Shown: positions 39,866-50,141, numbered from the stretch's first letter. The stretch: 64,000 bases of DNA from an uncultured Bdellovibrionales bacterium (GCA_964421125.1 CAYQVD010000004.1:930-64929), one strand, 5' to 3'. The notes: generated by a model from the sequence alone, not told the origin. Translations and numbers: made by a program.

Positions 39866-41659
39866 TTAAATTTTTCTTTTAATTTCTTCTTCTTTGTAGC
39901 AAAGAAGGGAGTCTCCGACTTCTATTTTTTCTTTTCCATTAAAAGTAATTCCGCATTCTAGTCCAGATTTTACTTCTGCGACCTCTTCTTTGTTTTGTTG
40001 AAGTTGAACAAGTTCTCCTACTCCAATATGAATTTTTTCGCGAAGGATTTCCATTTTTTCTCCTTTTATAATTTTCCCATCATTAACTTTTCCTCCAATA
40101 ATCATTTGACCTTTTCCACTCTTGAAAATTGCTAAAACTTTCATTCTTCCAAGGTCAGTTCTTTTTATTTCAGGCTCAAGTAATTCTGACATTTCATTTT
40201 TAATATCTTCAACAAGTTCATAGATAACATTATATGATTTTACTTTTACATTGCTATCTTGGGCTATTCTTGTTGCAATAGATGTTGGGAAAACATTAAA
40301 TCCATAAACAAGAGCTGTTCCTGATTGAGCAGCCTTGATATCTGATTCAGTGATGAACCCAACTCCATTTTTAACAATGTCAATTTGAATTTCGTCTGAA
40401 GGTAGGGATTGTAGTATTTGGACAACTGCTTCAAGTGATCCTTGGACATCTGTTTTGAGGACTATTGATAGCTTTGTCTTTTTGGTTTCATCAATATTTC
40501 TAATAAGTTGCTTTGAACTTAAATTCATCAATCCAACAAGTGAATCATTATCAATTCCTTGAAATTGCTTTATTTTTCTTTTTAATTCTGCTTTGTTGGT
40601 TTCCACTCTAAAGACATCATTGCTTTCAGGGGACTTTGGAAGTCCTATTATTGTTACTGGAGTAGACGGACCAGCTTCTTTAATTGTTTTGCCAGTATAA
40701 TCTTCCATGCTTCTTGCTCGTCCAATAATTTTTCCAATAATGATATCATCTCCAACCTTTAGCGTTCCGGTTTTTATTAAAATTGTTGCAACTGGACCGC
40801 GCTGAGGATCTTTGTGAGACTCTAATACGATTCCAATAGCTCCTTTTTTTGCATCAGATTTAAAATCGTGAATATCTGAAACTAGGAGAAGTGTATCTAA
40901 AAGTTCATCAAGTCCCGTGTCATTTTTAGCAGAGATTTCATTAAAAGGTGTATCTCCTCCGTATCCTTCAACAAGTAATCCTATTTCAGCTAATTCTTGT
41001 TTAACTCGGTTAGCATTAGCCTCTGGTTTGTCGATTTTATTTATTGCTACAACTGTAGGAATTTTATTTTCAGTTAAAAACTTAACAACTTCTTTTGTTT
41101 GTGGTTTTACTCCATCATCTGCTGCAACAACAAGAATGGTAATATCAGCAATAGCTGCTCCTCTTTGTCTCATTGCCTGAAAGGCTTCATGCCCAGGAGT
41201 GTCAATGAATGTTATTAAGCGATCTTTTTTCTTTACTTGATAAGCATTGATGTGCTGAGTGATTCCTCCCGATTCTCCTTCGGCAATGTGGGCCTTTCTG
41301 AGCGTATCTAGCAGAGTTGTTTTCCCATGATCAACATGACCAAGAATGGTCACAATTGGTGGTCGGAAGGTAAGATCTTCTTCTTTTGCTTCTTCCTGTA
41401 ATTCTTTTTTAAGGTTTTCTATTGTAAAGATCTCACTGTTTTCTTGTATAACTTCTTGTTCTGCAATAAATCCAAGTTCTTCGCTGATAATATAAGCAGT
41501 TTCAAAATCAATCGTATCATTAAGATTTGCGATTATCCCGTTTTCCATTAATTTTTTCAATACTTCGGCAATTCCCAAGTCTAATCTATCTGAAAGTTCC
41601 TTAACTGTTAGTTGAGATGGAAGAGAAACTGGCTTTTTTTCTACTTGTTCTTCTGTCAT
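39866..41659 (-). CDS. infB: Translation initiation factor IF-2
   Basis: RPPIVTILGHVDHGKTTLLD, GGITQHI, DTPGHEAF, NKID, G.ECG. Confidence 0.98.
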   Translation of the reverse strand: MTEEQVEKKPVSLPSQLTVKELSDRLDLGIAEVLKKLMENGIIANLNDTIDFETAYIISEELGFIAEQEVIQENSEIFTIENLKKELQEEAKEEDLTFRPPIVTILGHVDHGKTTLLDTLRKAHIAEGESGGITQHINAYQVKKKDRLITFIDTPGHEAFQAMRQRGAAIADITILVVAADDGVKPQTKEVVKFLTENKIPTVVAINKIDKPEANANRVKQELAEIGLLVEGYGGDTPFNEISAKNDTGLDELLDTLLLVSDIHDFKSDAKKGAIGIVLESHKDPQRGPVATILIKTGTLKVGDDIIIGKIIGRARSMEDYTGKTIKEAGPSTPVTIIGLPKSPESNDVFRVETNKAELKRKIKQFQGIDNDSLVGLMNLSSKQLIRNIDETKKTKLSIVLKTDVQGSLEAVVQILQSLPSDEIQIDIVKNGVGFITESDIKAAQSGTALVYGFNVFPTSIATRIAQDSNVKVKSYNVIYELVEDIKNEMSELLEPEIKRTDLGRMKVLAIFKSGKGQMIIGGKVNDGKIIKGEKMEILREKIHIGVGELVQLQQNKEEVAEVKSGLECGITFNGKEKIEVGDSLLCYKEEEIKRKI

Positions 41660-41770
41660 ATAAAGTTTATTTAATTACTCTTCTTTATATCAGGTTATCA
41701 GTCTAAAGTCAAAAAAAGTCCCTAATTACGGGAAATTTTAATGTACTTGAACGGAAGTAGTGAAATTTGA

Positions 41771-41919
41771 TAGAATTAAAATTAAGTATATTTATTTTTT
41801 CACTGAATTTATCTTTCTTTTATAATAAATTAGTGGTTTTCTAGGGGGTTTTATGACTCTTGAGTCTTTCTTTTTAATATCATTACGTTCAAAAATAAAC
41901 ATACTTAATTTCAATTCTA
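41771..41919 (-). repeat. Long-stem structured element, copy B
   Basis: 29-bp arms with two G-U pairs on the minus strand, around the same conserved cores. Confidence 0.75.
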
Positions 41920-41966
41920 CTTTTAAAGGGGTAGTAAACAGAGAGGTAAGAGATATTTTGTGACTA

Positions 41967-42470
41967 TTAAAGATTCTTTTTAATCTTCTGGTTATTTTTA
42001 TCTATAGAAGCTGTTTTTATCGCTTGTTTTTCCTCTTCAGTTAAAGGATATTTAGCAGATGCTCCTTTTTGGATTGATTTTGAATAAATTCTAACCCCAT
42101 CTCTTGAATAAAGGGATGAAATAACGACTCCGTTGTCGTCTCCGTCTAAGAGTGCTAATGAAAAACTTTGATCTCCTCCGATGTCTCGAAAGGGATTAAA
42201 TCGAATAAAGCCGGTTTTATGAATTCCCTTAAGGGCAAGGGATTGAATTTTAGAAGTAATTTCATAGAGATCATGAACCTCCTCGTCTAGTTTTTCAGTT
42301 TTTTGGTTATTTGATAAGACGATTTTTTCAAGATCTTTTCCGTTTTTTCCCTTGAAAAGAATTGTTTGTTTCTTTTGAAGTTGAGATATTTTGATTTGCA
42401 GAAAAATTACCCAAAATAAAAGAATTACAATTCCTCCTGCTAGAATATATATAATATTTGAATTTTCCAT
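41967..42470 (-). CDS. DUF4446-family protein
   Basis: N-terminal TM segment; RFNPFRDIGGDQSFSLALLD...G.VISSL.SR...R.Y.K, Y.L..EE. Confidence 0.88.
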   Translation of the reverse strand: MENSNIIYILAGGIVILLFWVIFLQIKISQLQKKQTILFKGKNGKDLEKIVLSNNQKTEKLDEEVHDLYEITSKIQSLALKGIHKTGFIRFNPFRDIGGDQSFSLALLDGDDNGVVISSLYSRDGVRIYSKSIQKGASAKYPLTEEEKQAIKTASIDKNNQKIKKNL

Positions 42471-42517
42471 TGTTTTTGCTTAATATTCTAATAGTTACTC
42501 ATGAGTACTAAATGTGT

Positions 42518-42621
42518 ACAAAGATAAAATATTTATTTATTTTCACTGAATTTAATCCTGGTAACTTTAGGCCTCATTTCTTGATATCATTATGTTCAAA
42601 AAATAACTATTTTATCTTTGT
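42518..42621 (-). repeat. Long-stem structured element, copy C
   Basis: About 24-bp arms around TTCACTGAATTTA and ATATCATTATGTTC. Confidence 0.72.
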
Positions 42622-42633
42622 GTTTATCTTAGT

Positions 42634-43422
42634 TTATTCTATCTTATCGGTCGTATTTTGCAAATCTTTTTCTTGGAAATTCTTGGTTTCTGGTAGAAGA
42701 TTCCACATCACTTCAAAGATAGACTTAATTCCTTCAAAAATTTTTGAACTTTCAATGATAATCCCCAAGTCTTCTTTGTATGAAATTATTCCTAGTTTTG
42801 TCTTCCCGTAAATTTTTATTTCTAAATCAAGTCCAGAAAAGGCATTATCTGCGGAAAATTTTGTTTTAGTGATTCCTTTTTCTTTTATATCTTGAGCAAA
42901 GACTCTGTTTTCGGGGGAGTCAGGGACAATAGCTCTGGCCCAAATTTTTTTATTAATTCTTTCGGGCAAGTAATGTTTCCAGAAGTATTCTTCACCAAGA
43001 TTAATGTATGGATAAGGATACCAAGTCAGGATTTCCTGGTTACTATAGCGTAATGTGTCCTCAAAAACTTCTTTAACTCCAGTTAATCCCTCGAAATACC
43101 TTATTTTTGGCTTTTTATCAAGTAAGTTCATTATTGAGAGCAGTTCAGGCATGGTTTCTTCAAGCGTCTTTTTTTTAGTCTCCAGTGACTCAATGAGTTT
43201 TTGGGGGTTTTCTGCTAGGAAAATCGGCTTTTTCCCGCGGTTTGTTTGGCTTATTATTCCTTTTTTCTTAAGGTTTTCAAGGACATCATAGACAGTAGAA
43301 CGCTTGATTCCTGATTTTTGGACAATTTTAGCAATACTGGCTTCACCAAGTTCCATGATCGCTAAATAGACTTTAGCTTCTTTTTCTTCTAGCCCTGCAT
43401 CAATAAGTTTTTGAATAAGCAT
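42634..43422 (-). CDS. TrmB-family transcriptional regulator
   Basis: GLEEKEAKVYLA..ELG...IKRSTVYD, KPKIRYFEG. Confidence 0.88.
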   Translation of the reverse strand: MLIQKLIDAGLEEKEAKVYLAIMELGEASIAKIVQKSGIKRSTVYDVLENLKKKGIISQTNRGKKPIFLAENPQKLIESLETKKKTLEETMPELLSIMNLLDKKPKIRYFEGLTGVKEVFEDTLRYSNQEILTWYPYPYINLGEEYFWKHYLPERINKKIWARAIVPDSPENRVFAQDIKEKGITKTKFSADNAFSGLDLEIKIYGKTKLGIISYKEDLGIIIESSKIFEGIKSIFEVMWNLLPETKNFQEKDLQNTTDKIE

Positions 43423-43573
43423 GGTTTTTGTTAAAAATAACGCTTTTTGCGTCGTTATTACTAGTATAGCATATATTGCTAAATTTGTCTATAGATAAAG
43501 CGTTTCCAATATCTTCCTAAACTTTTAAATAGGCTTGTTTGACATAACTATTGCCAAATGGGTCATTTTGTTG

Positions 43574-43657
43574 TATACTAATTTATTACGATGAAATAGC
43601 TTTATTGTAAGAAGAGGAAGATAGTTCGTTGAAAATTGAAGATAAGGGAGAGGGGAA
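43574..43657 (+). promoter_or_regulatory. Conserved leader, copy 3
   Basis: TATACTAATTTATTACGATGAAATAG identical to copy 1; hairpin ends at 43610; AGTTCGTTGAAAATTGAA 43623-43640; GGGAGAGGGG SD. Confidence 0.72.
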
Positions 43658-44218
43658 ATGTTTGGAAAAATAAATAAAGTAGAAAGATTTGTTGCTATCA
43701 AAGATGCAAAACATAACATGCTTTATCACAGAATTAGCCCAAGATTTTATATGAACATTAGAAAAGCAATGTTAGGTGATAAGGAGTGGAATCAAGTCTT
43801 TGATGAAGCTTCTTTTGATGAGTGTATCAGGTTTTTGAAAATGGATCTTTATGAGAATGGGAATGTTAATTCCTATGCTATTGAAAAAATGATCGAGATT
43901 ATTTCTGAAGAAAAAGGAGAAAAGAAGTTTTGGTTGTTAGTGAAGGCAACTCCTTTTCTTCAAAGACGAAGTGACTATGGAGGGTGGCAATATATCACTC
44001 AAGAAGCCAGGGAAGTGTTAATGGCTATTTATTGGGAAATTGAAAGTGCTCCTAATTATTCAATTTTTCTTTGGGCTTCTGATGAAAATAATCATCGAGC
44101 TTGTGGAAACATTCCTTTTATGAAGGCAATTAACCAGAAAGTACGAAAGCTTTCAGGAAACAAGGCTTTTAAAATTAAATATTTAAAGGAGGGAAAGAAA
44201 AAATTTCGGATGAAATAA
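43658..44218 (+). CDS. Hypothetical (orphan) protein
   Basis: 186-aa ORF behind the conserved leader. Confidence 0.7.
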   Translation: MFGKINKVERFVAIKDAKHNMLYHRISPRFYMNIRKAMLGDKEWNQVFDEASFDECIRFLKMDLYENGNVNSYAIEKMIEIISEEKGEKKFWLLVKATPFLQRRSDYGGWQYITQEAREVLMAIYWEIESAPNYSIFLWASDENNHRACGNIPFMKAINQKVRKLSGNKAFKIKYLKEGKKKFRMK

Positions 44219-44263
44219 AAGGTGAAAGCAAGTCTGTCTAGAAAATTTGCTAACTAAAAAACC

Positions 44264-44300
44264 GAGCCAAGTTTGTTATCATACAAACTTGGCTCTTTTA
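44264..44300 (+). terminator. Rho-independent terminator
   Basis: GAGCCAAGTTTGT...ACAAACTTGGCTC followed by TTTT. Confidence 0.7.
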
Positions 44301-44423
44301 TTTTTCGTGGAAAGTCTTGAAAAAAAGAATTATTTAATATAGTATTAGTTTTAGTTTAGTTAATGTTTTTGTATTGAAAGAATCTTTTCTAAAAACTAAT
44401 AACTATAAGCTAAAAACTAAAAA

Positions 44424-44497
44424 GGGTGATTAGCTCAGTTGGTTAGAGCGCTTGCTCGACACGCAAGAGGTCAGTGGTTCAAATCCTCTATCACCCA
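44424..44497 (+). tRNA. tRNA-Val(GAC)
   Basis: GGGTGATTAGCTCAGTTGGTTAGAGCGCTTGCTC-GAC-ACGCAAGAGGTCAGTGGTTCAAATCCTCTATCACCCA. Confidence 0.9.
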
Positions 44498-44544
44498 CAA
44501 ATGAAAAAACGCCTTTTTTGAAGGCGTTTTTGTATATTTCAAGT

Positions 44545-45450
44545 TTATTTTCTCTTAGAATATTTTTCATAAACTTCTTTTAGTTTTTCATTGGTGACAT
44601 GGGTGTAGATTTGGGTAGTGCTGATGGAGCTGTGGCCAAGCAGGGATTGAACGCTTCGAATGTCAGCGCCATTTTGAAGAAGATTTGTGGCGAAGCTGTG
44701 ACGAAGAACGTGAGGGGTAACCTTTTTGAGAATACCGGCTTTGGCGGTGTATTTTTTTATCATTCTTTGTATTGATCGAGGAGTGAGACGCAAGTTTGAG
44801 TGCTCGCCGGGATTTTTAACGATTCTAACAAAAAGAGCGGGGTCAACATCGGTTCTTTTTTCGAGATATTTCTGAATGATGTCTCGAGCCTCTTCTGAAA
44901 TAAAAACAATTCTAATTTTTGAGCCTTTTCCTATCACGGAAAATTCTCTCTTTTTTAAATTAATTTGATCACGGTTTAACCTTGTTAATTCAGAAATTCG
45001 AAGTCCAGAAGAAAACAAGAGAATTAGAATGGCTTTATCTCTTTTTTGAGCCAGGGCTTCTCCGTCGGCAGATTTGATTATTTCTCGAACTTCTTCAATA
45101 GTGAGAAAATCAATTACACGGTCTTTCGTTTTTGCTAGTTCAATTTTTTCTGGAGCAAGTGATTTAATATTTTTTTTAGTAAGATACCCCAAAAAACCTC
45201 TTAGTGCGATAATGTAATAATTTTGAGTTCTGTGAGTGATTAATTTTTTATGAGGTCCCTTTTGACGGCTTAAAGAAACTCTGAATTTATGAACAATTTC
45301 TTCTGTGATTTCTTCTGGATTTTTTAGTTTTGACCATTTTAAAAATTTTAAAAGATAGCGATCATAGTTTTCAATTGTTTTTGGAGAACGATTTTTATCT
45401 ACTTCTAAATATTCTAGGAAATCAGTCTTTAATTTTTGTAAATTATTCAT
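44545..45450 (-). CDS. xerC: Xer-type tyrosine recombinase
   Basis: RD.AIL.LLFSSGLRISEL, GKGSK.R, TPHVLRHSFAT.LL.NGADIRSVQ.LLGH....TTQIYTH. Confidence 0.9.
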   Translation of the reverse strand: MNNLQKLKTDFLEYLEVDKNRSPKTIENYDRYLLKFLKWSKLKNPEEITEEIVHKFRVSLSRQKGPHKKLITHRTQNYYIIALRGFLGYLTKKNIKSLAPEKIELAKTKDRVIDFLTIEEVREIIKSADGEALAQKRDKAILILLFSSGLRISELTRLNRDQINLKKREFSVIGKGSKIRIVFISEEARDIIQKYLEKRTDVDPALFVRIVKNPGEHSNLRLTPRSIQRMIKKYTAKAGILKKVTPHVLRHSFATNLLQNGADIRSVQSLLGHSSISTTQIYTHVTNEKLKEVYEKYSKRK

Positions 45451-45590
45451 TGAAAAATGATATTTTTTATGATACACTCTTTTTACCATAAATTCAGGCT
45501 TTTCGCAAAGAGCTGATAAAATATTGACAAAAATTGACTAGATTGCTATGATTATCTCTGTTTTATGATTCGATTTATTATTCAATATGA

Positions 45591-46880
45591 TTGTCGATTG
45601 ATGAGAGTTTTCTTCTAGGGAGTTCTCTCTATAGATTGGTAATTAAAGAAGGAAATAAAGCCATTAAACGCTTTAATTTTAAAAAATTCGAAAAAACTGA
45701 AGAAAAAAAAAGGGGAAGGATAATAAAAGAAAAAGCTACTGATTTTTATCAGATAGTTATTGGATTTCTTTTAAGAGTAGAGAAAAAAATAATAGCGATT
45801 ATTAAGCGCAACAAGACCAAAGTTTTGTTGGATTTTTTTAGAAAAAATTCAGCAGTTTTAGTTGTTGTGGTTGTTTCTATTTTAGTTATTGCTGGAAATA
45901 TAAATATAGAAAAAGATCATAATAGTTTTTTATTTGATTACTTCAGTGATTCAACAAATAATATGAGTAAGATTCAACATCGAGTGGAAAGTCAAACTCA
46001 TCAAATTAATTTAACAATGGCGTCGCTTGTTCTAGCTGATTCAAGTGATCAAGAAGATATTTCCGATTTAATAATTAAGGATGGAAATTTAAATCAAAAT
46101 CAAATGCAACATCAGGTTTTAACAGCTTCTGCTGCGCCGGATGCTAAGAAATTATTGAGCGAGGGAGCTGATGTAGCTGTTTATGAAGTTCAAAAAGGGG
46201 ATACAGTGAGTACGATTGCTGATGACTTTGAAGTTACAACTAATACTCTTTTGTGGGCGAATGATATTGATGATCCTGACATGATTAAGCCGGGAGATAA
46301 GATTTTTGTTCTGCCTATTACTGGATTGAAGCATATTGTTAAAAGTGGTGATAATATTAAAGCAATCGCCAAGGAATACGAAGCAGATGAAAAAAGAATT
46401 ATTGCCTTTAACGAACTTCCAGCAGATGGAGCACTTAAGGTTGGTGAGGAGATAATAATTCCTGGTGGAGAAAAAGATGAACCGGTTCCAGTAATTCAAC
46501 AAAGAGATTATTATAGTTCTGATGTTACAAGTGATTCCAGTAGAGGACCTTCTGTTATTGATAAGAATCCAAAAGGTGGACACTCTTTTCCTTATGGATA
46601 TTGTACTTGGTATGTAGCTTCTAAAAAATATGTTCCATGGGGTGGGAATGCAGGTACTTGGCTTTATAACGCTAGAGCATATGGAGCGAAAACTGGCAAG
46701 AAACCAAAGAAGGGAGCAATTCTTGTGACCAATGAGAGTTGGTATGGTCATGTTGCTATTGTAGAAAAAATTAAAGGAAGTTCGATTACAATTTCTGAGA
46801 TGAATTATAAAGGATTTGGAAAAATTAGTTCACGAACACTTTCAACAAAGAGTTCTGTGATTAAAGGCTATATATATTAA
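45591..46880 (+). CDS. LysM x2 plus CHAP peptidoglycan hydrolase
   Basis: YEVQKGDTVSTIA and HIVKSGD LysM domains; GYCTWY, WGGNA, YGHVA.VE, ISEMNY; start position uncertain. Confidence 0.9.
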   Translation: MSIDESFLLGSSLYRLVIKEGNKAIKRFNFKKFEKTEEKKRGRIIKEKATDFYQIVIGFLLRVEKKIIAIIKRNKTKVLLDFFRKNSAVLVVVVVSILVIAGNINIEKDHNSFLFDYFSDSTNNMSKIQHRVESQTHQINLTMASLVLADSSDQEDISDLIIKDGNLNQNQMQHQVLTASAAPDAKKLLSEGADVAVYEVQKGDTVSTIADDFEVTTNTLLWANDIDDPDMIKPGDKIFVLPITGLKHIVKSGDNIKAIAKEYEADEKRIIAFNELPADGALKVGEEIIIPGGEKDEPVPVIQQRDYYSSDVTSDSSRGPSVIDKNPKGGHSFPYGYCTWYVASKKYVPWGGNAGTWLYNARAYGAKTGKKPKKGAILVTNESWYGHVAIVEKIKGSSITISEMNYKGFGKISSRTLSTKSSVIKGYIY

Positions 46881-46925
46881 AAAAATCAAAACTTAAAAAT
46901 CAAATATCAAAATTAATGATAAATA

Positions 46926-46947
46926 AAATCGCCTTAAGGCGATTTTA
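46926..46947. terminator. Bidirectional terminator
   Basis: AAAATCGCCTTAAGGCGATTTT between convergent genes. Confidence 0.65.
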
Positions 46948-47009
46948 TTTTTATTTAGTAACCCGTTTTATTTTTTAGTATTTTATTAGAGATAAATTAT
47001 TTAGTTTTT

Positions 47010-48539
47010 TTAATTTTCTTCCCGGAAGCGATATTGGATGGCTTCGGCGAGGTGGGGGACTTGAATGTTTTCTGATTTTTCTAAATCAGCAATTGTTCTG
47101 GCGACTTTTAGAAGACGATGATAGGCACGAGGGGAAAGATTCATTTTGTCTATTGCATTACGCAGTAGATTTTTTTCTTCAATTCCAATTTTGCAAAACT
47201 CTCGAATATGCTTATTTTCCATTTCTGAGTTTAATAAAACAGAAGAATTATTAAATCTTTGGAGTTGAATTTCTCTTGTTTCAAGAATTCTTTGGCGAGC
47301 ATTTTCACTTTTTTCTGATAATTCATCTTGAGAAAGTTTTTCAAATTTTATTAATGGAACTTCGATGTGAAGATCAATTCGGTCCATAATTGGTCCGGAT
47401 ATTTTTCTTTTATAACGAGATATTTGGACTGGAGTGCAAGTGCATTGTTTTTGAGGGCTGGAAGCATTTCCACATGGGCATGGATTCATAGCGGCAATTA
47501 GAATGAAATTAGCAGGAAAAGTGAGGCTTCCTTGGGCTCGTGCAATTGAAACTTTTCCGTCTTCAAGTGGTTGACGAAGATTTTCAATTACTTCTCGAGA
47601 AAATTCTGGAAATTCATCTAAAAATAAAACACCTCTGTTGGCTAGTGAGATCTCTCCTGGTTTCGGGAATGATCCACCCCCGACTAGTGAAACTGCTGAG
47701 GCACTGTGATGCGGACTTCTGAAAGGGCGATTGAAGATTAATGGTTTTTCTGCATTGGTGAGTCCAGCGATTGAATAGAGTTTAGTGACTTCGAATGATT
47801 CTTCTTTTGTCATTGGTGACATAATTGAACAAACAGATTTTGCTAACATTGTTTTTCCTGACCCTGGAGGTCCGGAAAGAATAATATTATGGCCACCGGC
47901 CACAGCGATCTCCAAGGCTCTTTTTGCATGTTCTTGACCTTTTATAAAACAAAAATCAAAAGGATTATCAATAGGTTTTAGATTTTCTTGAGAAAAACTT
48001 TTTTTCTTAAGAGGTTTGATAGGAATTTTTCCATCCAGTATTTCAAAGATATGCTTTAGACTTTTTATTGGGATTATATTAATTTCTTCTACAAAATTTG
48101 CTTCTTCTGCAACTTCAGCAGGGAGGAATATGTTTTTTATTCCTTTATCTTTCAATGAAAGCGTAATTGGGAGAACACCTTTAATTCTTCGAAGGTCTCC
48201 GTTAAGAGCAAGTTCTCCTAAAAAGACAGAATCTTTTGGAATTTTTGAAAGTTGTTCTGATGCTAACAAAAAACCAATAGCGATTGGCAGATCAAAAGCT
48301 GGTCCTTCTTTTTTAAGGTCAGCTGGAGCAAGATTAACGGTGATTCTTCCGAAAAAATGAGGTGGACGAAGATCGGAATTTTTAATAGCGCTGGAAACTC
48401 GATCTTTTGCTTCTTTGACAGCGGTGTCAGGAAGTCCAACAATATTAAAAACCGGTTGTCCCGGTGATGTGTCCACTTCCACTTCAATTATTTTTCCTTC
48501 CATTCCAAATGTAGTTGCTGAAAAAACTTTTGATGCCAT
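47010..48539 (-). CDS. comM: ComM / YifB Mg-chelatase-like AAA+ ATPase
   Basis: ITVNLAPADL.KEG..FDLPIA, GPPGSGKTMLA, RSPHHSAS, PGEISLA.RGVLFLDEFPEF, NPCPCG. Confidence 0.95.
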   Translation of the reverse strand: MASKVFSATTFGMEGKIIEVEVDTSPGQPVFNIVGLPDTAVKEAKDRVSSAIKNSDLRPPHFFGRITVNLAPADLKKEGPAFDLPIAIGFLLASEQLSKIPKDSVFLGELALNGDLRRIKGVLPITLSLKDKGIKNIFLPAEVAEEANFVEEINIIPIKSLKHIFEILDGKIPIKPLKKKSFSQENLKPIDNPFDFCFIKGQEHAKRALEIAVAGGHNIILSGPPGSGKTMLAKSVCSIMSPMTKEESFEVTKLYSIAGLTNAEKPLIFNRPFRSPHHSASAVSLVGGGSFPKPGEISLANRGVLFLDEFPEFSREVIENLRQPLEDGKVSIARAQGSLTFPANFILIAAMNPCPCGNASSPQKQCTCTPVQISRYKRKISGPIMDRIDLHIEVPLIKFEKLSQDELSEKSENARQRILETREIQLQRFNNSSVLLNSEMENKHIREFCKIGIEEKNLLRNAIDKMNLSPRAYHRLLKVARTIADLEKSENIQVPHLAEAIQYRFREEN

Positions 48540-48557
48540 TTTTATTTTAATAAAATA

Positions 48558-49310
48558 TTAATAACTTTTTATTTTTACTTTGGGCAAATTATCCCACAAA
48601 AGTTCAAAAATTGTTCTTAGTGTTTTATGGATTTCTGCTCCTTCAATAATAATTCCTATCTCTTCTCTCGAAGACATTAAGGCAACTTTTTGATGACCAT
48701 AAATATTAATTTCAACAGAAAAGGGATATTTTTTAGCATCAATTAATTTTGATGTACGTAACTGTTTTTGGTCTTTGTCGAAAAAGTTTTTCTCAATTAT
48801 TCCAGTTTTAGTCATAATTGCACGTACTCGTAAACCTTTTTCTATTCTTTTTTTAAGATAATCATTTGTCCAATCGATTCCCAAAACATTTACTACGTCT
48901 TCTGAGGCGAATGCTAACATTTCTCCGGAGTAACTTAGTGTATCCGTATAAACTTCCCTAAGACCGTTTTTTCCTTCATAAAATCTAATTTTTGGTCTTA
49001 TTCCTTTAATATTATACATGGATTTTAATATAGGCAACATTTCATCGAGTATTCTCTCTTTTTCAATTACTTCTTTCTTTATTTTTTCTGGATTTTCTGC
49101 TACAAAAAAACGCCTTTTTTCTTTAAAAGTCTCATAAATGAAATTTTCTTTTTTTAGATTAACTAAAATGTCATAACAAGTCGTTCTCTTCACTTCTGAT
49201 TTTTTGGCGATTTCAATAACTGTTCCGCTACCTAATTCTAAAACAGCTAAATAAATATTTGCTTTTTTTCCTTCAAGATCAAATTTTTTCAGAAAATCTT
49301 TTATTTGCAT
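48558..49310 (-). CDS. TrmB-family transcriptional regulator
   Basis: IYLAVLELG.GTVIEIAKKS.VKRTTCYD, RPKIRFYEG. Confidence 0.88.
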   Translation of the reverse strand: MQIKDFLKKFDLEGKKANIYLAVLELGSGTVIEIAKKSEVKRTTCYDILVNLKKENFIYETFKEKRRFFVAENPEKIKKEVIEKERILDEMLPILKSMYNIKGIRPKIRFYEGKNGLREVYTDTLSYSGEMLAFASEDVVNVLGIDWTNDYLKKRIEKGLRVRAIMTKTGIIEKNFFDKDQKQLRTSKLIDAKKYPFSVEINIYGHQKVALMSSREEIGIIIEGAEIHKTLRTIFELLWDNLPKVKIKSY

Positions 49311-49332
49311 AGTGGAGTCTTTTATGAATAGA

Positions 49333-49543
49333 TGACGACATAATTCGTCAACATTTATATTATATTATAAAAACATATTTTGTCAATAAAATGCGTAAAT
49401 AAAGGGTAATTTAAAAAAATTACAAAAACTTTTTTAATTGTATAACGTTAATTATTGACATAAATTAGGAATTATTATAGAATTAGTAACTGAAATTGAA
49501 AAGCACATTGATAATTTAATAAGATAAGAAAAGGAGGTAACAT
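49333..49543. promoter_or_regulatory. Divergent promoters with operator palindromes and a boxA-like/SD leader
   Basis: TGACGA-N6-TCGTCA 49333-49350; TAACGT-N6-TTGACA 49443-49460; GCACATTGATAATTTAATA; AAGGAGGT. Confidence 0.6.
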
Positions 49544-49984
49544 ATGATTGATGTTAAAGAGGTAAGAAAAAAAACGGCAAAAGCTTTATCTAAAAAAAAA
49601 CAAAAAGATAAAATTGAAAAAGAAGAAAAGAAAAAACAACAGAAACAGCTAAATAGTACTTATCGAAAATTAGGAAAAAAGATGGCTGATGAATTACTTC
49701 CATCTTTAGAAGCTAAAATAATAGAAGAAGCTGAAAACGGATATTCTAATACTGACTTAGAAGTTCTTTCTTGTGAAGGAGCGCATGAATACCTTTCAAA
49801 AAATAGCGAAAAATATCGTGTTGCTAAATTTGCGGCAGAAATCCTGGTTAAATATGAAAAAAGTAAGGGGATGTCTTCAAATGTAAACTTTTATAACTAT
49901 CCTAACAAAGAATTTGATGGATGGAGTATGGTTAAGTATACTAGTGGTTATGTGACAAAAATAGAAGTTTCTGTGAGTTGGTAA
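49544..49984 (+). CDS. Hypothetical (orphan) protein
   Basis: 146 aa, SD AAGGAGGT. Confidence 0.7.
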   Translation: MIDVKEVRKKTAKALSKKKQKDKIEKEEKKKQQKQLNSTYRKLGKKMADELLPSLEAKIIEEAENGYSNTDLEVLSCEGAHEYLSKNSEKYRVAKFAAEILVKYEKSKGMSSNVNFYNYPNKEFDGWSMVKYTSGYVTKIEVSVSW

Positions 49985-50141
49985 TCAAATATGCAAAATT
50001 AACTTGCCATTTTTGGAAAGAGTCTCTGTTAGTATAATCGTTTTTAAAAGTATCTTAAGTTGTTGGTTATTTATTTGCTCACTATGGAATAAGAAAATTT
50101 TTATATAATGATTAACTAAAGCAAAAGGAGGAGAGAAAGTC

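Noticed and set aside
42512-42811. 99-aa plus-strand ORF
   Set aside because: Antisense to trmB and overlapping structured element copy C; no coding features.
44424-45489. Prophage or genomic island integrated at tRNA-Val
   Set aside because: The recombinase is Xer-like, neighbours are core CPR genes (LysM/CHAP, comM), and no duplicated tRNA 3' end or phage genes were seen.
46152-46751. 199-aa antisense ORF and similar shadow ORFs (e.g. 6001-6399, 18078-18479, 21352-21801, 48016-48360)
   Set aside because: They lie opposite well-supported genes and show the Ser/Phe/Ile-rich composition expected of antisense frames.
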